Sequence record: ON212266.1
DNA: 64,000 nt
Source of the DNA: Enterobacter phage fGh-Ecl02
Reading direction: 5' to 3' (one strand)
This document shows, piece by piece, positions 53,472-62,541 of this stretch. Positions within the stretch are counted from its first letter, which is position 1. Each line of letters starts with the position of its first letter. The notes below the pieces were generated by a model. That model worked only from the letters and a program-made list of their open reading frames with translations, was not told the DNA's origin and did no database searches. A program made the position numbers and the translations under genes.

Positions 53472-54221
53472 ATGTCACAAATGTATCGTTTGTTCGGTCT
53501 GGAGTTTACGCCAGCCCGTCTTGAAATGAAACTCCCAAACTTTGAAAAGAGCGGGTTCGAAGTCGGTTGCGTCCTGGGGTTCGATCGCAATGGCAGATCT
53601 GTCCGTGAACACAATATCTTCGACGTGCTGGGTCTGAAAGAAGACAGCGAAACCGCAATTCAGTTCAGCGAAGACATTCGTTTTGGTCATGCCGACCTGT
53701 ACGATTATATCCGTGATGTGATCGCTGGATATGAACATGCCAAAGCGCATATGAAGATGGCGACAGAGGCTTGCCTGAAGCTGGCGCATTGTCTATACTT
53801 CTTTGGTCGCAAGCGCCAGAATCTCGATATGGTATTCCCATCGGAACTGCTTGAACGCTTCTCTGAAACCGAATTCCTGCTGAAGCAAGCTGACGGAGTT
53901 GCTGTCAAATCTAGTGAAGTATTCAAACACCCGATAAATCTGGTGTCTGGGCATCTGCTGGTAGGGCGTGATCAGGTCGACCTGGCGATTCATCCGGATA
54001 TGGAGTATGATCAGAACTCCTGTCGTGCCATCCACAACTACGTAGGTGTCATTCTAGAAAACTTGTACTCAGCCATGGAAGAAGTGATGGCAGCAGAACA
54101 ACAAGAAGAAGTGATTCGTCGTATCCGCGAAGATATCGAAGGGAAGGTGAAACAGGATGTTCTGGGGGAATATCCACCAGAGCATTTCCCTGAAGTTCCA
54201 AACTTCTACCTGTCCAAATAA
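53472..54221 (+). CDS. hypothetical protein
   Basis: 249 aa. Confidence 0.45.
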   Translation: MSQMYRLFGLEFTPARLEMKLPNFEKSGFEVGCVLGFDRNGRSVREHNIFDVLGLKEDSETAIQFSEDIRFGHADLYDYIRDVIAGYEHAKAHMKMATEACLKLAHCLYFFGRKRQNLDMVFPSELLERFSETEFLLKQADGVAVKSSEVFKHPINLVSGHLLVGRDQVDLAIHPDMEYDQNSCRAIHNYVGVILENLYSAMEEVMAAEQQEEVIRRIREDIEGKVKQDVLGEYPPEHFPEVPNFYLSK

Positions 54222-54241
54222 CTCCACTGTGAGAGGTGTGT

Positions 54242-54517
54242 ATGAAACGTTATCTGAAGCTGACGACCGCCCTTGAGTCGATCATAGAGTATTTCATCAT
54301 GCAACACCTCCGCGCCGACAACATGCATTTAGACGGTTGCCTGACGTATGACCACAAGATCATTATCCATTCTGTTGAAGTGGTGGATGAGGATCTGATG
54401 ATTGCAAATGTAGAACACTGTCTGTTTGATGAGTCGGTTGATGCGTACTGCCAACCACGGTTCGCAAAAGTCGAGCTAACAAATTGTTGGCCACCGGAAA
54501 TGGTTTTTCTATATTGA
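54242..54517 (+). CDS. hypothetical protein
   Basis: 91 aa, GAGAGG SD. Confidence 0.4.
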   Translation: MKRYLKLTTALESIIEYFIMQHLRADNMHLDGCLTYDHKIIIHSVEVVDEDLMIANVEHCLFDESVDAYCQPRFAKVELTNCWPPEMVFLY

Positions 54518-54607
54518 CGTAGAAAGTTAATATTCACGCAAGTTCGCGCTCCGCTTGGTCGCGCACCTTATAACACTAAGGTGTTAACTTTCTTTTCAAT
54601 AAAAAGT

Positions 54608-54635
54608 AGTTTACATCTATGAAAATGCAGTATAT
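54608..54635 (+). promoter_or_regulatory. T4-type early promoter GTTTAC-N16-TATATT with upstream A-tract
   Basis: Matches T4 early -35 GTTTAC. Confidence 0.5.
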
Positions 54636-54706
54636 TATGTTCTCACTACACAGTCAGAACAACAATATGCCGCGGATACGGTCTTAATAACGAAAGGGTT
54701 TTTATT

Positions 54707-55543
54707 ATGTCATATATTCTTCATGTGGATTCTGGAACCAAAATTGAAATTGAAGGCAAAGACGTTGCTGCTATTCAGGCTGAAATCAAAGAAGCAGGTC
54801 TGATCATCGGAAACGTTACCCTGCGCCGTATGGTTGAAGGTGTTCTTCAGGCTGCCAACGGCTTCGAACTGATTGAAGGTCTGAGCGCCGAAGAGAAGGA
54901 AGAAACCCAGCAGGCTCTGGCGCAAGCCCAAGAGCAAGCCCAAGCTGAAGTATCCCTGAAAGTCGCTGAAACCGTCGATGCTGAAGCACCGATCTCTGCC
55001 GATGCATGTGAAGCCCCAGTGTCCGACGCCCCGGTAGACGCGGTTGAAGATGCAGTCAACGCGGCGCTGGAAGAAGGCAATCAGCCGTCCGACGCGAAAA
55101 TCGGTTCCTTAGCGTCTTCTATGCTGAAAGAAGCATCGAAGGGTAAGACCCTGACCCCGCAGGCGGCGCTGGTAGAGCGTAAACGCCGTCACACCAAACG
55201 TGAGGAAATGGTTGACTTGGCTCGCGCTTCTAATCACGGTCCGGTCTTGGCGGCGATTGAAGCTGGTGTTGTTCCCGGCGTGTTCCTGAGCTACGTGAAC
55301 CCAGACATGCGTTGGTTCCAGTTCCCGGTCACCGAACTGGCTAACCCTGAAAACCTTCACGCCCGCACCAATACGTATGTCGACGTTGCGCCTATCGTTT
55401 CCGGTGGCTGGGGCTTCAGTCTGTACGTGAACGGCAAGTCCTTCACCAAACGTCAGAAGATCAAAGAGTCTGATGCTGAGTCTCTGGTTAAGGCGATCAA
55501 TGAATGGCTTCCACAGGCTCTGGCTGAAGCGAAAGCTGTGTAA
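54707..55543 (+). CDS. hypothetical acidic Ala/Glu-rich protein, 278 aa
   Basis: Downstream of GTTTAC-N16-TATATT T4-type early promoter. N-terminus resembles that of the 37367 gene product. Confidence 0.5.
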   Translation: MSYILHVDSGTKIEIEGKDVAAIQAEIKEAGLIIGNVTLRRMVEGVLQAANGFELIEGLSAEEKEETQQALAQAQEQAQAEVSLKVAETVDAEAPISADACEAPVSDAPVDAVEDAVNAALEEGNQPSDAKIGSLASSMLKEASKGKTLTPQAALVERKRRHTKREEMVDLARASNHGPVLAAIEAGVVPGVFLSYVNPDMRWFQFPVTELANPENLHARTNTYVDVAPIVSGGWGFSLYVNGKSFTKRQKIKESDAESLVKAINEWLPQALAEAKAV

Positions 55544-55579
55544 ATTTAAGTTCAGAAACTGTTCAATAGATGAAGGGGT

Positions 55580-55588
55580 TGCTATAAT
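55580..55588 (+). promoter_or_regulatory. extended -10 promoter TGcTATAAT upstream of the kinase-hydroxymethylase operon
   Basis: TGnTATAAT 31 nt before the ATG at 55619. Confidence 0.45.
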
Positions 55589-55618
55589 AGCAGCTCCTTT
55601 TGTTTATCGGAGCAGTTT

Positions 55619-56278
55619 ATGTCCTACTCCCTGAAGGGGCTGATGAAGCGCCCCGTCCACACATTCTTTAAACCACCCGTCGTAAAGGGGATCTACCCAG
55701 CACGAGGGCAAATCTACTACGTCAAAGGCTCCAATGGTAGCGGTAAATCCACTGTGCCGTCTCAGCTGGCGGAGAGGGATCCTCAGGCGTATGTCGTGAC
55801 CCATAACGGCAAGGTCATGCTGACTGTCTGTCCTTCGTTCAACGTGGTGTGTATCGGTAAATATGACAAGTCGAAGTCCAAGGGGGTTGATTCCCTGAAG
55901 GACACTGAGCAGATGTTGTTCGCGTTGTCTATTGCTGACCAACCAGAATACTTGAAATATGATGTGATTTTCGAAGGTATCATTCCATCAACATTATTGA
56001 GTTCTTGGATCCCCCGCCTGACACGCCCACCACGTGAATTGGTTGTGCTCTTTATGGACACTCCCCTTGAAACGTGTATCTCCCGCGTTAAATCACGTAA
56101 CGGTGGTGTGGACTTCAATGAAGGTCTGGTGGTCGAGAAGTGGGAGAGAGTTCATGACCATCGTCAACGACATAAAGACTTGTTCCCTACGGTGGCTGCG
56201 GGTATGATGAAGTCTCACGGCCTAACGGTAGACCAGGCTGTGATGGCATTCCTCTGTCGTGATTTTGGGAGTATCTGA
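55619..56278 (+). CDS. P-loop kinase (candidate 5-hydroxymethyl-pyrimidine DNA kinase / polynucleotide-kinase-like)
   Basis: YYVKGSNGSGKSTVPSQLAE Walker A. 219 aa, kinase domain only. 1-nt overlap (TGATG) with the hydroxymethylase gene. Extended -10 TGcTATAAT upstream. Confidence 0.55.
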   Translation: MSYSLKGLMKRPVHTFFKPPVVKGIYPARGQIYYVKGSNGSGKSTVPSQLAERDPQAYVVTHNGKVMLTVCPSFNVVCIGKYDKSKSKGVDSLKDTEQMLFALSIADQPEYLKYDVIFEGIIPSTLLSSWIPRLTRPPRELVVLFMDTPLETCISRVKSRNGGVDFNEGLVVEKWERVHDHRQRHKDLFPTVAAGMMKSHGLTVDQAVMAFLCRDFGSI

Positions 56279-57324
56279 TGGAAATCAAATCAATTAACAA
56301 TAATGACATGCTGAAGCAGGCTGTCTTGGCTATCCGTGAATTCGGGATCGAATCTGATCCTGGTAATGCTGAAATCAATACTGATAGCACCCGCTTCCTT
56401 GATGGTGTGACGATCACTGTTTCCGATATTCGTGACCGCTGGCTCTCCGTTGAAGGTCGCAACTCATCGGCTATCGCTGCCATCGGCGAGACCTTCTGGG
56501 TGTTGTCAGGTCGCAACGACATAAAGTTCCTGTCACGTGTATTGCCTCGCGCTGCTAACTTTTCGGATGATGGGGTAACATGGCGAGCTGCTTATGGTCC
56601 GCGTCTGTACGCCCATGGCCAGCTGGATAGCGTTATCAACCGCCTGCGCAAGAACCCAAACACTCGCCAGGCGTACCTCACTATTTATGATCCGGCTTTG
56701 GATTCGGATGCTGGTCTGGCGAAGTTCAGCGAGAGCGGCGAAGCAAAGACTAAGGACATGGTGTGTAACCTGGCTCTGTTGTTCGCCATCGTTGAAGGTC
56801 GTCTGAACCTGACGGTCATCAATCGCTCACAGGATGTTCTGTGGGGGATGAGTTCAATTAACTTCATTGAGTTCTCTATTCTTCAGGAAGTGATTGCTCG
56901 GGTGCTGGATGTTGATGTCGGTCAGTACAAGCTATTCTCTAACAATCTTCATTACTACAACAATGAAGTCAGCCAGAAGCAGCTGGGCAAGATCACGAAG
57001 GACACCAAAGTAGAAGCTGGGTTCATCAACTCCATGATTCACTTCACGAACGTGACCAACCAGAACCATATCCGCAATCTGTTCACTGGTGTGCTTCATC
57101 ACTGTGATATCGGTAGCCCGTGGGAAACTGTGGTCGCTCACCTGAAGGAATACGATGCGGATCGCGGTCTGATTTTGCAGATGGCATACTGCCTGCACTG
57201 CAAATTGAATAACAAGCTCATTAACCTGGACCTGATTCAGGATCATGGCTTGAACACCGCGCTCACCCATTCCCCGGTTGACCGCAAGATCATTGATCCT
57301 AAGTTCCTGGAAGGTGTAGTATGA
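56278..57324 (+). CDS. deoxypyrimidine-nucleotide hydroxymethylase (thymidylate synthase superfamily, T4 gp42-like)
   Basis: RQAYLTIYDP versus gp42 RRGIMIYTRP. KDMVCNLALLFAIVEGRLNLTVINRSQDVLWGM versus gp42 DFMCTNTVQYLIRDKKINAVVNMRSNDVVFGF, including the catalytic Cys. Confidence 0.75.
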   Translation: MEIKSINNNDMLKQAVLAIREFGIESDPGNAEINTDSTRFLDGVTITVSDIRDRWLSVEGRNSSAIAAIGETFWVLSGRNDIKFLSRVLPRAANFSDDGVTWRAAYGPRLYAHGQLDSVINRLRKNPNTRQAYLTIYDPALDSDAGLAKFSESGEAKTKDMVCNLALLFAIVEGRLNLTVINRSQDVLWGMSSINFIEFSILQEVIARVLDVDVGQYKLFSNNLHYYNNEVSQKQLGKITKDTKVEAGFINSMIHFTNVTNQNHIRNLFTGVLHHCDIGSPWETVVAHLKEYDADRGLILQMAYCLHCKLNNKLINLDLIQDHGLNTALTHSPVDRKIIDPKFLEGVV

Positions 57325-57890
57325 TGTACCCAAATCTTGAATTCTTTACGGGGCGCAAGCGCTCCGGTAAGGACTTCTGTTTGGAGTCCCTGATCAGTTA
57401 CCACCACTTACAGGGTGATATGGACATACAGCGCCTTTCTTTCTCTGATGAACTGCGCCGTGTAGCCAACTACATCTACCCATGGCTCCCAGCGGAGGTA
57501 GAGGATGCCGTGAAGGACGTTCCTTACGTGCACCCTGATAACCCCAAGGGCTTAACTCCACGGCAGATCTGGCTTCATCTAGGCAGCGATACGGGCTTGC
57601 GTTACGTACAACCTGATCTGTTCCTGGCATTCTTCAAGCGCTTCCAGCTTCCTCTGGTAGAGCAGAACCCCCACGTCCATTATATCGTGAGCGATCTGCG
57701 TACCCCTCAGGAATATGAATGGGCGCTGAGTACGAAATGTCCTATCACCCGTATTTCAAAGGCCGACCGTGCTGGTATCATAGAGGACGATATAGAGGCT
57801 TTCATTGACCAAATGAAAGTGGACTACGAATTCCTCAATCCATTTGATGGTTGGGAACCGTTCGTTAAATTCTACGGAGAACGTAAATGA
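57321..57890 (+). CDS. 1: deoxynucleoside monophosphate kinase (T4 gene 1-like)
   Basis: FTGRKRSGKDF versus T4 gp1 SGVKRSGKDT. SDLRTPQEYEWA versus PDTRQDHEMDAA. ATGA overlap with the upstream gene. Confidence 0.7.
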   Translation: MMYPNLEFFTGRKRSGKDFCLESLISYHHLQGDMDIQRLSFSDELRRVANYIYPWLPAEVEDAVKDVPYVHPDNPKGLTPRQIWLHLGSDTGLRYVQPDLFLAFFKRFQLPLVEQNPHVHYIVSDLRTPQEYEWALSTKCPITRISKADRAGIIEDDIEAFIDQMKVDYEFLNPFDGWEPFVKFYGERK

Positions 57891-58441
57891 TCACAGCAGG
57901 GCATATCCAAAGCCTGCTCGAACTCCAAAAGGCCACCAACGTGGCCTACTTTGGGGAAGAGTGGAAGAATGTATGGAGTCAGAATGCAGTCATCAACTCT
58001 ATCTATCGTGAGTGGGCAGAGTTCCTTGATGAAACCACCCGTGACTGGAAGGTCTATGGCAACGACATCGGGTTTGACCATACGAACGCAGTTTATGAAC
58101 TGGTGGACGTGGTACACTTCATGTTGTGCTTCATCCTTGTGGACCGCACCAAAGGTGAGATCGAAGAAGAATTTGAAGTCCTTAGTAATCGCGAATTCAC
58201 CCCATCTGCTTTGGGTGTTGTAGGGCATCGTAATGTTACGTACCGCCTTGGGCAATTCATGAACGACCCTTGCGTTGAGACTCTCATGTTCTTCCTGTCG
58301 TCTGCGTGTTCTTATATGGAGATCGACATTGAGACTTACATACTGGCACACAAACGCAAGAACGATCGCAATCGTCTGCGTGCTTCTGGTGGCGCGGATT
58401 ACGACAAGTCCGCAGAAACCCCTCTGACCTTGGAGTTCTAA
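57887..58441 (+). CDS. all-alpha dimeric dUTPase/dCTPase (T4 gp56-like, MazG-type)
   Basis: AVYELVDVVHFMLCFIL versus T4 gp56 IKFELVDIFHFVLNMFV. 184 aa. ATGA overlap. Confidence 0.65.
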   Translation: MITAGHIQSLLELQKATNVAYFGEEWKNVWSQNAVINSIYREWAEFLDETTRDWKVYGNDIGFDHTNAVYELVDVVHFMLCFILVDRTKGEIEEEFEVLSNREFTPSALGVVGHRNVTYRLGQFMNDPCVETLMFFLSSACSYMEIDIETYILAHKRKNDRNRLRASGGADYDKSAETPLTLEF

Positions 58442-58986
58442 TGTTTACAGTCGTCGTTTCATACCATGCGGAGAACGCTGCTCAGGCATCCTCCAAATTC
58501 GCCGAGCACATCATCGGCGGCGGCCATAATGTATTCCTTACTGAATACAACAGGCCTGTTAAACCGGGCGACGGTCTTTCGGCGACTGTTACGCATAAGA
58601 TCGCCAGCGAGCAACCAGAGTCTCTGTTCAGAATGATCGAAGAATATGCCGGTGGTGGTGGCACCAAGATACCAGATGAACTGGTAGACGTCTATTTTGA
58701 AGGCTCGATCTATTACATCCACGCTATGCCAAAGGATATAACCATTGAACAGATGATGTATATCCTGAATATAGCACTGAACACTGCGTGCATCAACCGC
58801 ACGAACTACAACAATCTGCGCAATATGTACCTAACCGACCGGCATAATGACGCATCGTCACTTGTTGAGACAATGTCCCTGAAGAGCATCCAAGAGGCGG
58901 TTAACATTTTGTCCCAGAAGGTTATGGGTGTAGACTTACTAACGACGATTAACAACAAAGAGGAAGTGAAATGGCCAGTTCATTAA
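58441..58986 (+). CDS. hypothetical protein
   Basis: 181 aa, coupled between the dUTPase and uvsX. Confidence 0.45.
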   Translation: MFTVVVSYHAENAAQASSKFAEHIIGGGHNVFLTEYNRPVKPGDGLSATVTHKIASEQPESLFRMIEEYAGGGGTKIPDELVDVYFEGSIYYIHAMPKDITIEQMMYILNIALNTACINRTNYNNLRNMYLTDRHNDASSLVETMSLKSIQEAVNILSQKVMGVDLLTTINNKEEVKWPVH

Positions 58987-60056
58987 TGGACCGCATGCTG
59001 AAGGTTGCTAAGAAACACGATGACCAGGCTTCAGTGCTGTCCCAATCAGACGCTCTGGAACCGTCTATCATCTGTTCTACTGGTATTCCCCTGATCGACA
59101 TCGCATGGTCTGGGCGTATTGACGGCGGCCTGATCTCCGGTATCAAGATGATGGTGGGTGATTCCCGTACCTTCAAAACGATGTTCGGTCTGGTGGACGT
59201 CAAGGCGTACATGGACAAGTTCCCTGATGCTATCTGCGTCTTTGCGGACTCAGAAAAGGGTGCCAACGCTGATTACTGGACCTCTATGGGCATTGACATG
59301 GACCGCGTCCTGTACGTACCGATCGACAACGTTGAACAGACCAAGATCCGCTTGCTGCAGATCCTACAGGAAGTCAAGAAAGGCGACCATGTTATAATCT
59401 TCATCGACTCTATCAGCCAACTTCCCTCCACCAAGGAAGTTGAAGATGCGATCAAAGGGAACGACACTCAAGACATGACCCGCGCCCGTGCCCTCAACAG
59501 CTTCTGGCGTGTCATGACTCCTGAAATCAACAGCAAAAATCTCGTGTGTGTTTGGATCAACTCCTATTACGATGAGATCGGCAACCAGTATGCCGAGCCA
59601 AACATCAAAGGCGGCAAGCAGGGCTTCTTATCCTCCAACTTGATCTGGTTTATCACCCGTTCTCAGGTGAAGGAAGACAAAGATCTGCTGGGCTGGAACT
59701 TCAACATAAGCATCATGAAAGGTCGCCATGTCAAAGAGAAAGCCAAGCTCCCTGTGACGGTACTGTACAACGGCGGCATTGATCGCTGGAGCGGCCTGCT
59801 TGAGATCGCTCGTGCTCTGGGTTATGTTGATATGCCGTCTTCCGGCTGGTATGTGCGTACAGCCAAGGGTGGTTTCGATCCTGAGAAGGAAAAGAAATAT
59901 CAGAAGCGTCAGATGGGTGATGATTTCTGGTATCCGCTGCTGGAGAATGTCAACTTCGCCGATGACGTGAAGAAGATGTTCGGTGTTTCTAACGGTACTG
60001 TTATGCCTGCGAACATGCTGGAGCAAATGGACCATGTTATTAACACAAGCGAATAA
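58971..60056 (+). CDS. uvsX: UvsX recombinase (RecA/Rad51 family)
   Basis: GIPLIDIAWSG...GDSRTFKT Walker A, FPDAICVFADSE, VIIFIDSISQL and MTRARALNSFWRV parallel T4 UvsX blocks. Confidence 0.85.
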   Translation: MASSLMDRMLKVAKKHDDQASVLSQSDALEPSIICSTGIPLIDIAWSGRIDGGLISGIKMMVGDSRTFKTMFGLVDVKAYMDKFPDAICVFADSEKGANADYWTSMGIDMDRVLYVPIDNVEQTKIRLLQILQEVKKGDHVIIFIDSISQLPSTKEVEDAIKGNDTQDMTRARALNSFWRVMTPEINSKNLVCVWINSYYDEIGNQYAEPNIKGGKQGFLSSNLIWFITRSQVKEDKDLLGWNFNISIMKGRHVKEKAKLPVTVLYNGGIDRWSGLLEIARALGYVDMPSSGWYVRTAKGGFDPEKEKKYQKRQMGDDFWYPLLENVNFADDVKKMFGVSNGTVMPANMLEQMDHVINTSE

Positions 60057-60369
60057 CAGTGGAGGGGGAGGAGACTCCCCCAATAACTACACAATCATCG
60101 ACCCTGGTGCTGATCAGCTGGCGATCATCAAGATTACTTCTGGCAAATTCCGTGGTGTTCAATTCCGGTTCGGCAAAGTGGCTATTAACGAAGTGGACGG
60201 CGAACCCCGCCTGTCTTTCGTGACTGATATATTGAAGAAACCATTGCGTCTGATGTTTGTGAATTTGAAAGAAAATGACTTGTTCACTGAGGTGTCAGGG
60301 GATATCCTTGTAGACCTCATGCAGCGTAATGCTCAGGAATATAATAAATTTTTGGTGGGGTAGTGGCCA

Positions 60370-61794
60370 ATGTTACTCGAATCTGTCGTGCTTTCACAGT
60401 TGATTTACAATGAAGATTACCAAAGAAAGATCCTGCCGTACCTGAAAGCCGATTATTTTGACAACGAAGGCGAAAAGGTCATCTTTGGTCTGATTGACAG
60501 TTATACCTCAGAGTACAATGCCCGCCCGTCTGTCGAAGCACTATCTATAATTCTTGAACGGACAAAGCTGAACGAATATGTGTTTGACCAGGCGGTATCT
60601 GCCCTGGAGAACATCAACGACAACACCTTCAATGAAGAGTGGCTGGCGAAGGAAACCGAGGCTTGGGCGCGGCAAAAGGCCGTACACAACGCAATCAAGA
60701 CCGCCGTCAACATCTACGGTGACGAGAAGCGCAAGGACGAGATGAACAACATCCCGACCATGTTGCAGGAAGCCCTGGCGATCCGGTTTGATTCATACCT
60801 CGGTCACATCTATTGGGAGATGGCGGCAGAGCAGTATGACCACATGAACTCCAACGAGGCCAAGATCCCGTTCGCAGTTGAGATATTCAATAAGGCGACA
60901 CGTGGTGGCGTTGGTAAGAAGACACTGAACATCGTAACAGGCGCGATCAACGCAGGTAAGACCACAACGCTGATTGACCTGACCGCAGGGTACTCGGAGC
61001 AGGGACTGAACGTCTTTGTCTTCACCCTTGAAGTGGCCGAGAACGTCTGGCGACACCGTCTTGATGCCCGTATCATGCGACGCGACTTTGAGTCTTTAGA
61101 GAAACTCACAAGGCACGAGTATATTGCAACGATAGAGAAGCTCCGCAGTCGCCAAGACGGTGCGCCCAAGGGTGATATCGTCATCAAGGAATATCCTTCC
61201 GGTGCTGGACACACAGGTTTATTCCGCCGCGATATCCTTGAGTACATCCAGGCAACTGGTCGTGCTCCCGATGTTATCGTTATTGACTATCTTGGCGAAG
61301 CTGCTTCCTCGCGCTTGCCTGCCCACCTGATGCAGAACACGAACGTCTATTACACGTCTGTGGCTCGTGAGTTTCGTGCGCTGGGATTTGAGTTTGATGT
61401 CCCTGTATGGACTGGTATGCAGTTCAATCGTGAGAATCAGAATAGCACTGATGGCGGAATCAGTGATTTGGCAGATGCTATCGGTATTCCGAAGGTGGCC
61501 GACTTCATCATGGCATTCTATGCTCCTGACGAACTGGCGGCGGTCAAGAAAGCCCGAGCCTCAATACTCAAGAACCGTTATGCCAACAAGCAGAAGCTGA
61601 AATCATTCCTGTTTGGTATGGACCAAGACAAACAGATCCTGTTTGACCTGGACTGGAACGAAGTTAAGAAGGACCTGACTGAGGCTGAGGCCAAATATGT
61701 CGAAAACGTACACATCAAACATGACCTCAACAAGTCCGGGGCTACTGCCAGCGATGAGCAGAAAGCTCAAACAGTCAATAATTGGAAATTCTAG
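60370..61794 (+). CDS. 41: replicative DNA helicase gp41 (DnaB family)
   Basis: DnaB N-terminal domain, GAINAGKTT Walker A, VIVIDYLGE Walker B. 474 aa. Confidence 0.85.
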   Translation: MLLESVVLSQLIYNEDYQRKILPYLKADYFDNEGEKVIFGLIDSYTSEYNARPSVEALSIILERTKLNEYVFDQAVSALENINDNTFNEEWLAKETEAWARQKAVHNAIKTAVNIYGDEKRKDEMNNIPTMLQEALAIRFDSYLGHIYWEMAAEQYDHMNSNEAKIPFAVEIFNKATRGGVGKKTLNIVTGAINAGKTTTLIDLTAGYSEQGLNVFVFTLEVAENVWRHRLDARIMRRDFESLEKLTRHEYIATIEKLRSRQDGAPKGDIVIKEYPSGAGHTGLFRRDILEYIQATGRAPDVIVIDYLGEAASSRLPAHLMQNTNVYYTSVAREFRALGFEFDVPVWTGMQFNRENQNSTDGGISDLADAIGIPKVADFIMAFYAPDELAAVKKARASILKNRYANKQKLKSFLFGMDQDKQILFDLDWNEVKKDLTEAEAKYVENVHIKHDLNKSGATASDEQKAQTVNNWKF

Positions 61795-61858
61795 GCAATT
61801 CAATAAGGCGGGTCATAGGGTATAATTCTATGATCTGAATGTAAACCAGGAGCACATC

Positions 61859-62194
61859 ATGTCACACAATGATTTTATGGCTGGCCTGGTGCAGGCCGCC
61901 AAACAGGTGTGCCACACCAAACAAGCGATTGAGCTGAGTCCGGAGCAGACTCTGGAGTTCTTCAACAATCGTAAAATCTGGGAGGAATATGGAATTGGTA
62001 TGATATGCCAAGAGGGTGAACTCGTACAGCTGGATCTGCCGTCATTTCCCCTTCCAGTGCGCACCAACACAGTGGAATGGTATACGACGGAAGATGGTGT
62101 AGAGATCATCCCGAAGTTCCAGTATCACTCAATCGTAAACTTCTTTTTACGCCGTTGTGGGACTAATCTGATCCCACAAGGTATGAGATCTTAA
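61859..62194 (+). CDS. hypothetical protein
   Basis: 111 aa, AGGAG SD. Confidence 0.4.
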   Translation: MSHNDFMAGLVQAAKQVCHTKQAIELSPEQTLEFFNNRKIWEEYGIGMICQEGELVQLDLPSFPLPVRTNTVEWYTTEDGVEIIPKFQYHSIVNFFLRRCGTNLIPQGMRS

Positions 62195-62209
62195 CAAGAG
62201 GAACACCAA

Positions 62210-62524
62210 ATGTCTGTAGAACAAATCGGCTTTTATGTACTACCATCTGATCCTGAATCCCGTCGCAAGCTGATAGGTGCAATTGAAAACTGTCGTGCCG
62301 CCCAGGTCCGCATCAAGTCGGAACAGACTTTCATTACTGAGACTCTGGCCGAGCTGGCGAAAGACACGGGTATCAAGGCCAGCGACTTGCGCAAGGTTGT
62401 ATCCGACCGCGCCAATGGAACTTACCATAAGACGATCGAAACGAGCGAGAAATATCAAGACTTATACGAGTCTCTATTCCCGAACGCCAAGCCCGATCGA
62501 GATCCGAATGCCAGTGGCGAATAA
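62210..62524 (+). CDS. hypothetical protein
   Basis: 104 aa, terminator downstream. Confidence 0.4.
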   Translation: MSVEQIGFYVLPSDPESRRKLIGAIENCRAAQVRIKSEQTFITETLAELAKDTGIKASDLRKVVSDRANGTYHKTIETSEKYQDLYESLFPNAKPDRDPNASGE

Positions 62525-62541
62525 GTCAATAGAACACCAAG

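Noticed and set aside
59983-60363. Track ORF starting at ATG 59983 (MFLTVLLCL...)
   Set aside because: The start would overlap 74 nt of the uvsX 3' end in another frame, with a junk-like hydrophobic N-terminus. Kept as a finding about a start-less frame instead.
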